From Patescibacteria group bacterium (GTDB taxonomy: Bacteria > Patescibacteriota > UBA1384 > JACPKC01), in NCBI GenBank assembly GCA_050944875.1, contig JBMNRW010000003.1:32260-96259 (forward strand): a stretch of 64,000 nucleotides of DNA, written 5' to 3'. Numbering within the stretch: the stretch's first letter is position 1; each line of letters starts with the position of its first letter. Shown in pieces: positions 55,865 to 64,000 of the stretch. The translations under genes and the position numbers were made by a program. The notes beneath the pieces were generated by a model. The model worked only from the letters and a program-made list of their open reading frames with translations, was not told the DNA's origin and did no database searches.

Positions 55865-56555
55865 GCCGGGGACACTCTACGTCGTCGCGACCCCGATCGG
55901 GAACCGTGGCGACATCACGCTCCGTGCCCTCGCAACACTTGAGCACGTCGAGCTCGTACTCGCCGAGGACACCCGCCAGACGCGGAAACTCTTCAGCCTC
56001 TACCCGGACCACCGGTTTGACGTCCAGCTCCTCCGGTTCGACGAGCACGCTGACCACGCCAAGGTGGAGAACCTTACCGACCAGTTGAGTCAGGGGATGA
56101 ACGCTGCACTTCTGTCAGACGCTGGGACGCCACAGGTGTCTGACCCGGGCGGCCGGCTCGTCGAGGCGTGCCGTCGGCGCGGTATTCGCGTCGTTCCGAT
56201 CCCTGGCGCGTCAGCGCTGACCGCAATTCTCTCCGTCGCCGACTTCGCCGCGCAGCCTGTCGCGTTCTACGGTTTCCTCCCGAAGAAGAAGGGACGCGAG
56301 ACAACGCTTCGACGGCTAAAGGAGATGGGCGGGAAATACGGGCTCGCTGCCGCGATTCTCTACGAATCACCCGAGCGGGTGGGGCGGACCTTCTCTGACC
56401 TCGCGAGCGCCCTAGGTGACAAGACGCACGTCGTGGTTGGCCGGGAGCTCACGAAGCAGTTCGAAGAGGTGTGGTACGGCACGCTCGCCGAAGCTCGGGA
56501 GCACTTCACTACCCCGAAGGGTGAGTTCGTCCTCCTCGTTGCGCTCGCGGACTAG
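55857..56555 (+). CDS. rsmI: 16S rRNA C1402 2'-O-methyltransferase
   Basis: LYVVATPIGN, AEDTR, SDAGTPQVSDPG, YESPER, RELTKQFEE, KGEF. Confidence 0.96.
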   Translation: MREPGTLYVVATPIGNRGDITLRALATLEHVELVLAEDTRQTRKLFSLYPDHRFDVQLLRFDEHADHAKVENLTDQLSQGMNAALLSDAGTPQVSDPGGRLVEACRRRGIRVVPIPGASALTAILSVADFAAQPVAFYGFLPKKKGRETTLRRLKEMGGKYGLAAAILYESPERVGRTFSDLASALGDKTHVVVGRELTKQFEEVWYGTLAEAREHFTTPKGEFVLLVALAD

Positions 56556-56604
56556 CTTGTCCCTCCTGTTAGAGGAGTGTACGATACGTCAATAGGAGTG
56601 CAGC

Positions 56605-56880
56605 ATGGACCAGCGAGCAGTTGAACTCACGATTACGGGGAAGGTGCAGGACGTCGGATTTCGAAACTGGTTGAGCCGCGAAGCGAACCGGCTCGGCGTC
56701 GTCGGCTGGGTGCGTAACAACACCGACGGGACCGTCTCAGCAATTGCTGAGGGGCCGCGCGAAGCAGTTGACTCGTTTCTCGACATCGTCCGGCGTGGCC
56801 CGGAGTACGGGCAGGTCGAGGACGTGCGCGAGTCCGACACCGAAGCGCACGGCTACTCAGGGTTCAGCGTCGAGTACTAA
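56605..56880 (+). CDS. acyP: Acylphosphatase
   Basis: GKVQDVGFR, GWVRN..DGTV; promoter TTGTCC-17-TACGAT. Confidence 0.9.
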   Translation: MDQRAVELTITGKVQDVGFRNWLSREANRLGVVGWVRNNTDGTVSAIAEGPREAVDSFLDIVRRGPEYGQVEDVRESDTEAHGYSGFSVEY

Positions 56881-58292
56881 TGCGTTCGTTCTACGTTGCT
56901 ACTCCCATCTACTACGCGAACGACAAGCCGCACGTCGGCCACGCGTACACGACCGTTGCGGCGGACGTTCTCGCCCGGTACTGGGCGGGTCGGCTGGGCG
57001 CCGAACAGGTCTTCTTCCTGACGGGCACGGATGAGCACGGCCAGAAGATCGCCGAGGCCGCTGCCCGCGCCGGTCTGGAGCCGAAGGCGTACGTCGACAC
57101 GCAGGTGCCGAAGTTCGAACGGGCCTGGCAAGCACTCGGGGTACAGCCGAGCATCTTCATGCGGACCACTGATCCCGAGCACGAGGCGTTTGCCGCGTCG
57201 TTCCTCCAGCGGCTTTTTGACCGGGGCGACGTCTACAAGGGTGCGTACGACGGCGTCTACTGCGTTGGGTGCGAGGCGTACAAGACGGAGACCGAGCTCC
57301 AGGACGGGAGGTGCCCGGACCACCCGAACCTCACGCCGGAGCGGCGGACAGAGGAGAACTACTTCTTCAAGCTCACTGCCTACGTCCCGCGCGTCATCGA
57401 GGCGATCGAGTCGGGTGCCATGAAAGTGGAGCCGACGATGCGCCGGAACGAGGTGCTCGCTCGCCTGAAGGGCGAGGTGCGCGACATCTCGATCTCCCGG
57501 CCGGGGTTGAGCTGGGGCGTTCCCCTCCCGTGGGACAATTCGCACACCGCCTACGTCTGGGTCGAGGCACTCCTCAACTACCTGAGCGCGCTCGAGAAGG
57601 TTGGGCGGACCGAGCTCTGGCCGGCCAACGTCCAGCTCATGGGGAAGGAGATTCTCTGGTTCCACGCCGGTATCTGGCCGGCGCTCCTCCTGGCTGGCGG
57701 GTACGCCTTACCTGAGCAGGTGTTCGCGCACGGCTGGTTCACGGTGGACGGGCAGAAGATGAGTAAGACCGTCGGGAACGTCGTCGATCCTATCGAGCTC
57801 GCAGAGGAGTGGGGGACGGATGCGGCCCGCTACTTCCTCCTGTCAGCTGTGCCGTTCGGCGCCGACGGTGACATCCAAAAAGCGCGCTTCGCAGAAATCT
57901 ACGTGGCCGACCTGGCGAACAGCCTGGGTAACCTCCTGCACCGCACCGTGACCCTTATTCGCCGGGCCGAACTCGTTGTCGAGCCGGAACTCGACGTCCG
58001 GCTCGGCCGTGCGGACGAAGCGATCGAGGCGATGCGGCTTGACGAGGGACTCAAGGAAATCTGGGCCGTCGTTCGCGAGGCGAACAAGGCGATTGAGGAC
58101 GCGAGGCCGTGGCTCCTCATGAAAGATCCGGCTCGCCGGACGGAGCTCGAAGCGGCGCTCGTCGGAGCGTATCGCGCGCTCGAGGCAATCGCTGCCGGGC
58201 TCGCGCCGTACCTCCCCGAGACCTCAGCGAAGATCCTCGCGCAGCTCCAAGGCGGCGACCTCGTCCCGCTCTTCCTGAGGAAGGACGTGTAA
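56880..58292 (+). CDS. metG: Methionine--tRNA ligase (short monomeric type)
   Basis: TPIYYAN..PHVGH, GTDEHGQK, CxxC, YVWVEAL, KMSKT. Confidence 0.96.
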   Translation: MRSFYVATPIYYANDKPHVGHAYTTVAADVLARYWAGRLGAEQVFFLTGTDEHGQKIAEAAARAGLEPKAYVDTQVPKFERAWQALGVQPSIFMRTTDPEHEAFAASFLQRLFDRGDVYKGAYDGVYCVGCEAYKTETELQDGRCPDHPNLTPERRTEENYFFKLTAYVPRVIEAIESGAMKVEPTMRRNEVLARLKGEVRDISISRPGLSWGVPLPWDNSHTAYVWVEALLNYLSALEKVGRTELWPANVQLMGKEILWFHAGIWPALLLAGGYALPEQVFAHGWFTVDGQKMSKTVGNVVDPIELAEEWGTDAARYFLLSAVPFGADGDIQKARFAEIYVADLANSLGNLLHRTVTLIRRAELVVEPELDVRLGRADEAIEAMRLDEGLKEIWAVVREANKAIEDARPWLLMKDPARRTELEAALVGAYRALEAIAAGLAPYLPETSAKILAQLQGGDLVPLFLRKDV

Positions 58293-59107
58293 TGGAATTC
58301 ATCGATACGCACGCCCATTTGAACGACGAGCACCTGCCGGTTCCGGTTGCTACGGCGGTCGCGGATGCCAAGGCGGCGGGTGTCGTCCAGGTCGTCGTGC
58401 CAGGAACCGATCTCGAGAACTCGAAGCAGGCAGTGCTTCTCGCCAACACGCACGACGCGGTATTCGCCGCGGTCGGCATTCACCCGCACGACGTCCTCGA
58501 AGGGAAATTTGACGCAGCCGCAGTCCGGCCGCTCATCGACGAGTCACGCGTCGTCGCCGTCGGGGAGATCGGAATGGACTTCCATCACTACGACCGCGAC
58601 GAGACAATCGAGAAACAGCAAGCGGCGTTCGCCGCGCAGTTAGAGTTCTCGATCGAAGCCGGCCTGCCGGCGATCGTCCACGGGCGCAGAGCGTACGCCG
58701 ACATCCTCGACGTTATCCGGGCCTACCCGGAGAGCCTTGGCGTGCTCCATAGCTTCGAAGCGGACTACGAGACCGCGAAACGCGTACTCGACGCGGGCTG
58801 GTTCATCTCCCTGACCGCCCTCATCACGTACCCGCAGTACGACTGGCTCCGCGACGTCGTCCGGAAGCTCCCGCTCGAGCTCCTCATGATCGAGACCGAC
58901 GCGCCGTACCTACCGCCGCAGTCGCTCCGTGATGTGACGCCGCCAGTCGCAAAGCCGGGAACGCACGGCACGCGCGGCCGGACGAATACGCCGGCGCACG
59001 TAGTTGAGGTCGCGAAGGTGCTCGCCGAGCTCAAGGGCGTCGAGCTCGAGCTCGTTGCGGCGACGACGACGGAGACGGCGCGGAACTTCTTCCGCCTCCC
59101 GGCATGA
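58292..59107 (+). CDS. tatD: TatD-family DNase
   Basis: TAATG overlap start; IDTHAHL, GIHPH, GEIGMD, VLHSF, ETDAPYL. Confidence 0.93.
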   Translation: MEFIDTHAHLNDEHLPVPVATAVADAKAAGVVQVVVPGTDLENSKQAVLLANTHDAVFAAVGIHPHDVLEGKFDAAAVRPLIDESRVVAVGEIGMDFHHYDRDETIEKQQAAFAAQLEFSIEAGLPAIVHGRRAYADILDVIRAYPESLGVLHSFEADYETAKRVLDAGWFISLTALITYPQYDWLRDVVRKLPLELLMIETDAPYLPPQSLRDVTPPVAKPGTHGTRGRTNTPAHVVEVAKVLAELKGVELELVAATTTETARNFFRLPA

Positions 59108-59682
59108 ACTGGCGAGTGCTTCTGCGCGCCCCGTTGCTCGCGCTCGCTGTACTCTTCTTATCGCTGTCGCTCGCCATGGTGGCCGCGCCGGTCCACCGGT
59201 CGCTCTTCGCTGTCGTGCCGCCGGATGGCCCGATCACCGAGGAAGCGCGGCGCGGCGTTGACCGCTCGCTCGTGCGGTACCTCACGACAGGCGACCAGGC
59301 GTACGTCGCCGTACTCACTGACGAGGAACAGGTACACATGGCTGACGTCCGGCGCCTCTGGCAGTTCGGCCTTCTTGTCCTCGCTGTGGCGGCCGGGGTG
59401 CTCGCGTTGACGCGTCGGCAACCGGGCGAAGCCGCTTGGGCAGTCGGTCTGCTATTCGTGAGCTCGATCGCGTCGCTCATCTGGTTCGAGCCCTTCTTCC
59501 TGGCGTTCCACGAGGTCGCTTTCCCATCGGGCAACTGGTACCTGCCGGCCGAGACGCACGTACTGACCCAGGCGTACCCCGCGCTGTTCTTCGCGCTGGC
59601 CTGGGCGGCCGTCGTCGCTAGCTCGCTCAGCTTGCTTGGTGTAGCCTGGGCAGTGGAACGGAGGCAGCGTGAACGTCGTTGA
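59104..59682 (+). CDS. DUF1461 / Lit-like membrane protein
   Basis: EEQVHMADVR and FLAFHEVAF..GNW...YP..FF motifs, 4 TMs. Confidence 0.65.
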   Translation: MNWRVLLRAPLLALAVLFLSLSLAMVAAPVHRSLFAVVPPDGPITEEARRGVDRSLVRYLTTGDQAYVAVLTDEEQVHMADVRRLWQFGLLVLAVAAGVLALTRRQPGEAAWAVGLLFVSSIASLIWFEPFFLAFHEVAFPSGNWYLPAETHVLTQAYPALFFALAWAAVVASSLSLLGVAWAVERRQRERR

Positions 59683-60622
59683 CGTCATCATTGTGGCACT
59701 GTTCGTCCTCGCAATCCTCGACGGCTGGCGGCGAGGGCTCGTCGCGATGCTCATCGACCTTGCTGCGCTCGGCCTCGGCATCGTCGCCGCATTTGCGTTT
59801 TTCGAGTCGGTCGGGGCGTGGTTCGCGCGTTTCGGGCTCTCGGCTGGGTTTCAGCGGATCCTCGGCTTCATCCTCATCCTCTTCGTCGTCGAGCGGGTGA
59901 TCTGGGCGACGTTCGCGCTCCTCTCGAAGCTCATCCCGAACTTCCTGACGAGAAGCGTCGTCAGCCGGTCGGCCGGCGCTGCAGTCGGCGGCCTCAAGGC
60001 GGCTGTTACCGTCTCCATCCTCTTGGGCCTTCTTCTATACCTCCCGGTGCTACCGGTCGTCCGCGACAGCATCAAGGCGTCGTCGCTCGCCGACCGGTTC
60101 GTGAGCACGGCTCCAGCGTTCGAGCGCGCACTCGCACAAGTCATTGAGCCGGCGGTCAAAGAGCTCCAGGCATTCACGACCGTCACCTCGATCGCCGATA
60201 AGCCGATCGACCTCACAATCCCGGTCGGCACGCTCTCGATCGACGAGAGCGCGGAGCGGGAGCTCTTCCGTCTAGCGAACGAGGAGCGGGTGAAGCGAGG
60301 GCTCAATGCGCTCGCATGGGACGAGGAGCTCGCCGACGTCGGCCGGCTCCACTCGAAGGATATGTGGCGACGACAGTTCTTCGCCCACGTGAACCCCGAC
60401 GGGCTCGACCCGTTCGACCGGATGGACGCCGCGAAGGCCAGCTACCTCGTCGCCGGGGAGAACCTCGCGCTGGCGCCGACGACGCCGGTCGCGCACAAGG
60501 GACTCATGGATTCGCCAGGGCACCGCGAGAATATCCTGCGGTCTGAGTACGGCCGGCTCGGGATCGGCGCCGTCCGCAACGGGCTCTACGGCGTCATGTA
60601 CACGCAGCTGTTCCGGAACTGA
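59669..60622 (+). CDS. CvpA-family membrane domain fused to a CAP/SCP domain
   Basis: VDVII...GWRRGL; NEERVKRGL, HSKDM, FAH, AGENLA, MDSPGHRENIL. Confidence 0.88.
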   Translation: MNVVDVIIVALFVLAILDGWRRGLVAMLIDLAALGLGIVAAFAFFESVGAWFARFGLSAGFQRILGFILILFVVERVIWATFALLSKLIPNFLTRSVVSRSAGAAVGGLKAAVTVSILLGLLLYLPVLPVVRDSIKASSLADRFVSTAPAFERALAQVIEPAVKELQAFTTVTSIADKPIDLTIPVGTLSIDESAERELFRLANEERVKRGLNALAWDEELADVGRLHSKDMWRRQFFAHVNPDGLDPFDRMDAAKASYLVAGENLALAPTTPVAHKGLMDSPGHRENILRSEYGRLGIGAVRNGLYGVMYTQLFRN

Positions 60623-60741
60623 GCAGGTTCTTCTTCGTTGTCGAGCCGCTTGCCATGGATAATCGGCTTGTTTCCTGCTATCGTCCACGTGCTCTCGAAC
60701 CTTAAGAATGGAGGTCTGTTCGTCCGGAAGTACTATTCCGC

Positions 60742-61098
60742 ATGAAGGGAAGTGGTTCCATGGTGGTGGCGGCGATTCTACTCGGTTTCGGTTGCATGCT
60801 CCGGGGATTCTGGAAGCTGCGAACTGGCGAGCCCGACTCCTGCTCCGGTATATATGAGTTCCTCTGCGGGGTGCTGGCCGTGCTTGCCGGCTGCCTAGCG
60901 CCGAGTTCGCTCCGTGTGTTCGGGTCTATTCCGAACGTTTCGGAAAACATCTGGTGGGAGGTGGTCCAGGTGATGAGAGTTGGAATGCTCCTCGGTGTTC
61001 TGGCCCTCTGCGCTGCTTCGATTGCGGGCGTGTTCTCTCGGCAGGAGCGGCGTCAGCGAGGCACGGTCTCTCGTGTATTCGACGGACTGGAGGACTGA
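60742..61098 (+). CDS. Small 3-TM ORFan (mini-operon gene 1; start uncertain)
   Basis: Three hydrophobic segments; -10 TGCTATCGT upstream. Confidence 0.5.
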   Translation: MKGSGSMVVAAILLGFGCMLRGFWKLRTGEPDSCSGIYEFLCGVLAVLAGCLAPSSLRVFGSIPNVSENIWWEVVQVMRVGMLLGVLALCAASIAGVFSRQERRQRGTVSRVFDGLED

Positions 61099-61102
61099 TT
61101 CA

Positions 61103-61267
61103 GTGCTTTCGTTCGGCGAATTTGCACTCCTCGCACTCCTGTTCGTTGGCTTCTGCCGATGGTTGTCGGCTCGGAAGCGGTGTTGGTGCTACGAGGCGGA
61201 CTACTTCGGTCGCAAGGCCGATCTCCTGCCGGACAATGTTGTCCAACTGACCGGAAGGAAGCGGTAA
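61103..61267 (+). CDS. Small 1-TM ORFan (54 aa; gene 2)
   Basis: SD GGAGGA before GTG 61103; MLSFGEFALLALLFVGFCRW... Confidence 0.45.
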   Translation: MLSFGEFALLALLFVGFCRWLSARKRCWCYEADYFGRKADLLPDNVVQLTGRKR

Positions 61268-61271
61268 CAAC

Positions 61272-61535
61272 ATGGCGCTCACAGTTTCGCCATGGTGCCA
61301 ATTCTGGTCTCGGGTGCGGTTCTTTGCCCAGTTCATCCTCGGGGTCTGGTCCTTCGTCGTCTCAGCTGGACTCGGCCTACTGAGCGTTGCCGTTTGCTTC
61401 ATGGCGATCGCGGCGACGAACGACGTCGATCGACTGACTCCGCCGCTCGCCCTAGCCTCACTGTTGGTGACGTGGTCGATCTCCGCCGCGATCCTCCACA
61501 TCGCCCGTAGCGTTGCTGACGAGCAGCTGCCATGA
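61272..61535 (+). CDS. Small 2-TM ORFan (gene 3)
   Basis: SD AAGGAAG; two hydrophobic segments. Confidence 0.5.
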   Translation: MALTVSPWCQFWSRVRFFAQFILGVWSFVVSAGLGLLSVAVCFMAIAATNDVDRLTPPLALASLLVTWSISAAILHIARSVADEQLP

Positions 61536-61639
61536 AGGCGACTGTCGTCTTCCTCGTCTCTGTAGTCACGGTCGGATGTCTTTACATTTGCTCGTGGCGA
61601 CCACCTATGCGTGCGTCGTACTTCCAGTCGACGCGTTAA
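61532..61639 (+). CDS. Small 1-TM peptide (35 aa; gene 4)
   Basis: ATGA overlap; MKATVVFLVSVVTVGCLYICSWRPPMRASYFQSTR. Confidence 0.4.
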   Translation: MKATVVFLVSVVTVGCLYICSWRPPMRASYFQSTR

Positions 61640-61660
61640 TGCGAGCCTTACACTCGCTCC

Positions 61661-61682
61661 AAGGGTCCTTCGGGACCCTTTT
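61661..61682 (+). terminator. Intrinsic terminator with cUUCGg loop
   Basis: AAGGGTCC-TTCG-GGACCCTT + TT. Confidence 0.8.
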
Positions 61683-61715
61683 GCTTTGCCCGGAAAGCGA
61701 GTACACTCTTCCGTT

Positions 61716-62765
61716 ATGGCACACGAACGCATCCTCGTCGGACTCTCTGGCGGCGTCGACTCATCCGTTGTCGCCGCCCGGCTTGTTGACGCTGGCCACG
61801 AGGTCGTCGGCGTCTACCTTAAAGCTTGGGACGACGACGCTGCGATAGCGCTGAGGGGCGCTTGCCCGTGGCGTGACGACATCGCCGACTGTCGCCGTAT
61901 CGCTGCTCACCTCGGGATTCCGTTCGAAGTGGTCGACGTGCGGGACGCGTACCGCACGCGGGTCGTCGACGCCCTCATCAGTGAGTACGCGGCCGGCCGG
62001 ACGCCGAACCCGGACATTCTCTGCAACCGGGAGATGAAGTTCGGCTTCCTCCTTGACCTCGCCCGTGAGCTCGGCTACGACGCGGTCGCGACCGGGCACT
62101 ACGCCCGGATTGTCGATGGCGAGCTCCACCGCGGCGCGGACCCGAAGAAAGACCAGACGTACTTCCTCTGGCAGCTCCGTTCTGCCGACTTGCCGATGAT
62201 CCGCTTTCCGCTCGGCGCTGAGACGAAGGCTGTAATCCGTGCAGAAGCGCAGGAGCGCGGCCTGGCAACGGCGGCGAAGCGCGACAGTCAGGGGATCTGT
62301 TTCCTGGGACCTGTCGACCTCCGCTCGTTCTTGGTTGACGCGCTCCACCTCGCACCCGGTGACGTCGTGACGACAGACGGCAAGACCGTTGGTCGGCACC
62401 AGGGCGCGGCGGCGTATACGGTTGGCCAGCGCCACGGCTTAGGCGTGTGGGGCGGCGCCGGTGAGACGTACTACGTCGTCGAGCGCGACCTCCGGCGCAA
62501 TCGGCTTGTCGTCGACACAGCGCCGCCTACGACGACGACGCTCACCGCGCGAGCGCTCAACTGGATCGGCGCGTCGCCCAGCGTTGGCGACCGCATTGAG
62601 GCGCGCATCCGCCACGGCCAAGTGCCGCAGCCGTGCACCGTTGAGGCGTGTAACAGCGAGGAGCTCGAGCTCCGGTTCGACGAGCCGCAGCTCGCTGTCG
62701 CACCTGGTCAGTCCGTGGTATGCTCGCTCGGTACACATGTGCTCGGAGGAGGTCTTATTGCGTAG
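61716..62765 (+). CDS. mnmA: tRNA 2-thiouridylase
   Basis: SGGVDSS, TPNPDILCN, ATGHYAR, KKDQTYFL, DSQGICF, YTVGQR, VAPGQ. Confidence 0.96.
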   Translation: MAHERILVGLSGGVDSSVVAARLVDAGHEVVGVYLKAWDDDAAIALRGACPWRDDIADCRRIAAHLGIPFEVVDVRDAYRTRVVDALISEYAAGRTPNPDILCNREMKFGFLLDLARELGYDAVATGHYARIVDGELHRGADPKKDQTYFLWQLRSADLPMIRFPLGAETKAVIRAEAQERGLATAAKRDSQGICFLGPVDLRSFLVDALHLAPGDVVTTDGKTVGRHQGAAAYTVGQRHGLGVWGGAGETYYVVERDLRRNRLVVDTAPPTTTTLTARALNWIGASPSVGDRIEARIRHGQVPQPCTVEACNSEELELRFDEPQLAVAPGQSVVCSLGTHVLGGGLIA

Positions 62766-63930
62766 TGCCTCAGGAATTCGCCAGCTGCTGGCACTTGTTG
62801 CCGCGTTCGCGCTCGGCGGGCTCGTCGGCGGGAAGGTTGTACTCGAGACGCCGGAGTACGGCCTCGGTCGCGCGATCAACACGGCGCTCGGCCAGCCGGC
62901 AGACGCCGACTACCAGCTCTACTGGGACGTCTACAACAAGATTCTCGCGAAGTACCCGGGCGCGGTCGACCAAGAGGCGCTCCTCTACGGGGCGATCCGC
63001 GGCTCAGTCGAGGCACTCGACGACCCGTACAGCTTGTTCTTGACGCCTGACGAGCGGAACCGCTTCTTCGAGGAGATCCGTGGCGAGTTCACCGGGATTG
63101 GCGCGGAGATTAGTCAGGAAGAGAACACCTTCGTGATCGTCACCCCGCTTCCGGGTTCGCCTGCGGAGGCGGCCGGACTGAAGGCACAGGACGTCATCCT
63201 GGCAGTCGGCGACAAGCCGGCGGGTGAGTTCGCGTTCAACGAACTCATCAACGCGATTCGTGGCCCGAAGGGGACGTCGGTTGCGCTCAAAATCCGCCGG
63301 GGCGAAGAGGAGAAGTCGGTCACCGTCCGCCGCGATACGATCATGGTGAGTTCGGTCACGTACGAGCAGCGCGAGGATGGGATCGCCTACGTTCGCCTGA
63401 CCCAGTTCGGTGACGATACAACGAAGCGGATGACCGAGATCGCCCGCGAGCTTAAGGAGAAGGGCGCGCGCGCCGTCCTCCTCGACCTCCGGAATAACCC
63501 GGGCGGCTACCTCGATAGCTCGATCGACGTTGCGAGCCTGTTCGTGAAGGACGGGACGATTGTCCGCGAGAAAGATAAAACAGGTGAGGAGAAGGCGTTC
63601 GAGCCGACGCTCGAGTCGCTGCTCGTCGACCTCCCCCTCGTCGTCCTCGTTAACGAGGGGTCGGCGTCGGCCTCCGAGATCGTCGCCGGTGCAATCCAAG
63701 ACCACAGCCGCGGCACACTGGTCGGCGTGAAGACGTACGGCAAGGGGTCGGTGCAGGAAGTCGAGGACCTCGAGGACGGATCAGCACTTCGCTTGACGGT
63801 TGCAGCATGGCTGACGCCGAAGGGGCGGGCGATCGACCAACAGGGGATTACGCCTGACGTCGAGGTGGTGAACGATGAGGCAACAGAAGCGGACGAACAG
63901 CTCGACCGAGCGGTCGAACTCCTCAAGTAG
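62758..63930 (+). CDS. S41 carboxy-terminal processing protease (PDZ)
   Basis: TTG after GGAGGAGG; DPYS, GIGA, LDLRNNPGG, SASASEI, TYGKGSVQ, GITPD. Confidence 0.92.
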   Translation: MRSASGIRQLLALVAAFALGGLVGGKVVLETPEYGLGRAINTALGQPADADYQLYWDVYNKILAKYPGAVDQEALLYGAIRGSVEALDDPYSLFLTPDERNRFFEEIRGEFTGIGAEISQEENTFVIVTPLPGSPAEAAGLKAQDVILAVGDKPAGEFAFNELINAIRGPKGTSVALKIRRGEEEKSVTVRRDTIMVSSVTYEQREDGIAYVRLTQFGDDTTKRMTEIARELKEKGARAVLLDLRNNPGGYLDSSIDVASLFVKDGTIVREKDKTGEEKAFEPTLESLLVDLPLVVLVNEGSASASEIVAGAIQDHSRGTLVGVKTYGKGSVQEVEDLEDGSALRLTVAAWLTPKGRAIDQQGITPDVEVVNDEATEADEQLDRAVELLK

Positions 63931-63981
63931 CCGTTGTTCGAACCTGATCGCTCCGCTACGATACTACGGAAAGGAGTCGGT

Positions 63982-64000
63982 ATGCGGGTTCTCCTCACGA
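63982..64000 (+). CDS. Start of a gene running off the window (MRVLLT...)
   Basis: -10 TACGAT, SD AAGGAG, ATG 63982; too short to assign. Confidence 0.5.

Noticed and set aside
56635-56664. Acylphosphatase loop VQDVGFR instead of VQGVGFR
   Set aside because: Single substitution with catalytic Arg and Asn intact; low significance.
7644-61700. ORFan cassettes as integron cassettes or IS-delivered insertions
   Set aside because: No attC-like sites, terminal inverted repeats, target duplications, integrase or transposase recognised.
1-64000. Stop-codon reassignment (code 25 or TAG recoding)
   Set aside because: Conserved genes end normally at TGA and TAG and contain no internal stops.

Overview
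GC-rich bacterial chromosomal segment using genetic code 11. It is most consistent with a Patescibacteria/CPR genome; this is an inference from the short ValRS and MetRS, split polA, EDPY-type MurE and absence of amino-acid or nucleotide biosynthesis genes. The backbone is housekeeping: tsaD, femAB-like, valS, split polA, murB, holA, lepB, rpsT, DHH phosphoesterase, rpsO-pnp, rnj, ftsK-rodZ-recA, ppsA, three tRNAs, a ~12 kb surface-glycan cluster containing murE, dnaX-dnaB-pcrA, G5/RlpA, rsmA-rsmI-acyP-metG-tatD, mnmA and an S41 protease. No CRISPR, IS, integrase or prophage genes were seen. The most interesting signal is non-coding, and two gene-expression architectures co-exist. About 17 mostly conserved genes look leaderless, with a TAnnnT box 5-9 nt from the ATG and no SD. 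About 10 orphan genes or mini-operons between core genes form stand-alone cassettes: promoter, often a small hairpin, a boxA-like motif (e.g. TGATCTTTTACA, GAACCTTAAGAA, nnnnCTTTCCAA) that often pairs with the SD region, an SD, the ORF and usually a terminator. Other candidates are a leader-peptide attenuator, a TrmB operator pair controlling a ~200-nt structured RNA, a repeated hairpin element duplicating the 5' end of both tRNA-Arg genes, and several decaying ORFans.
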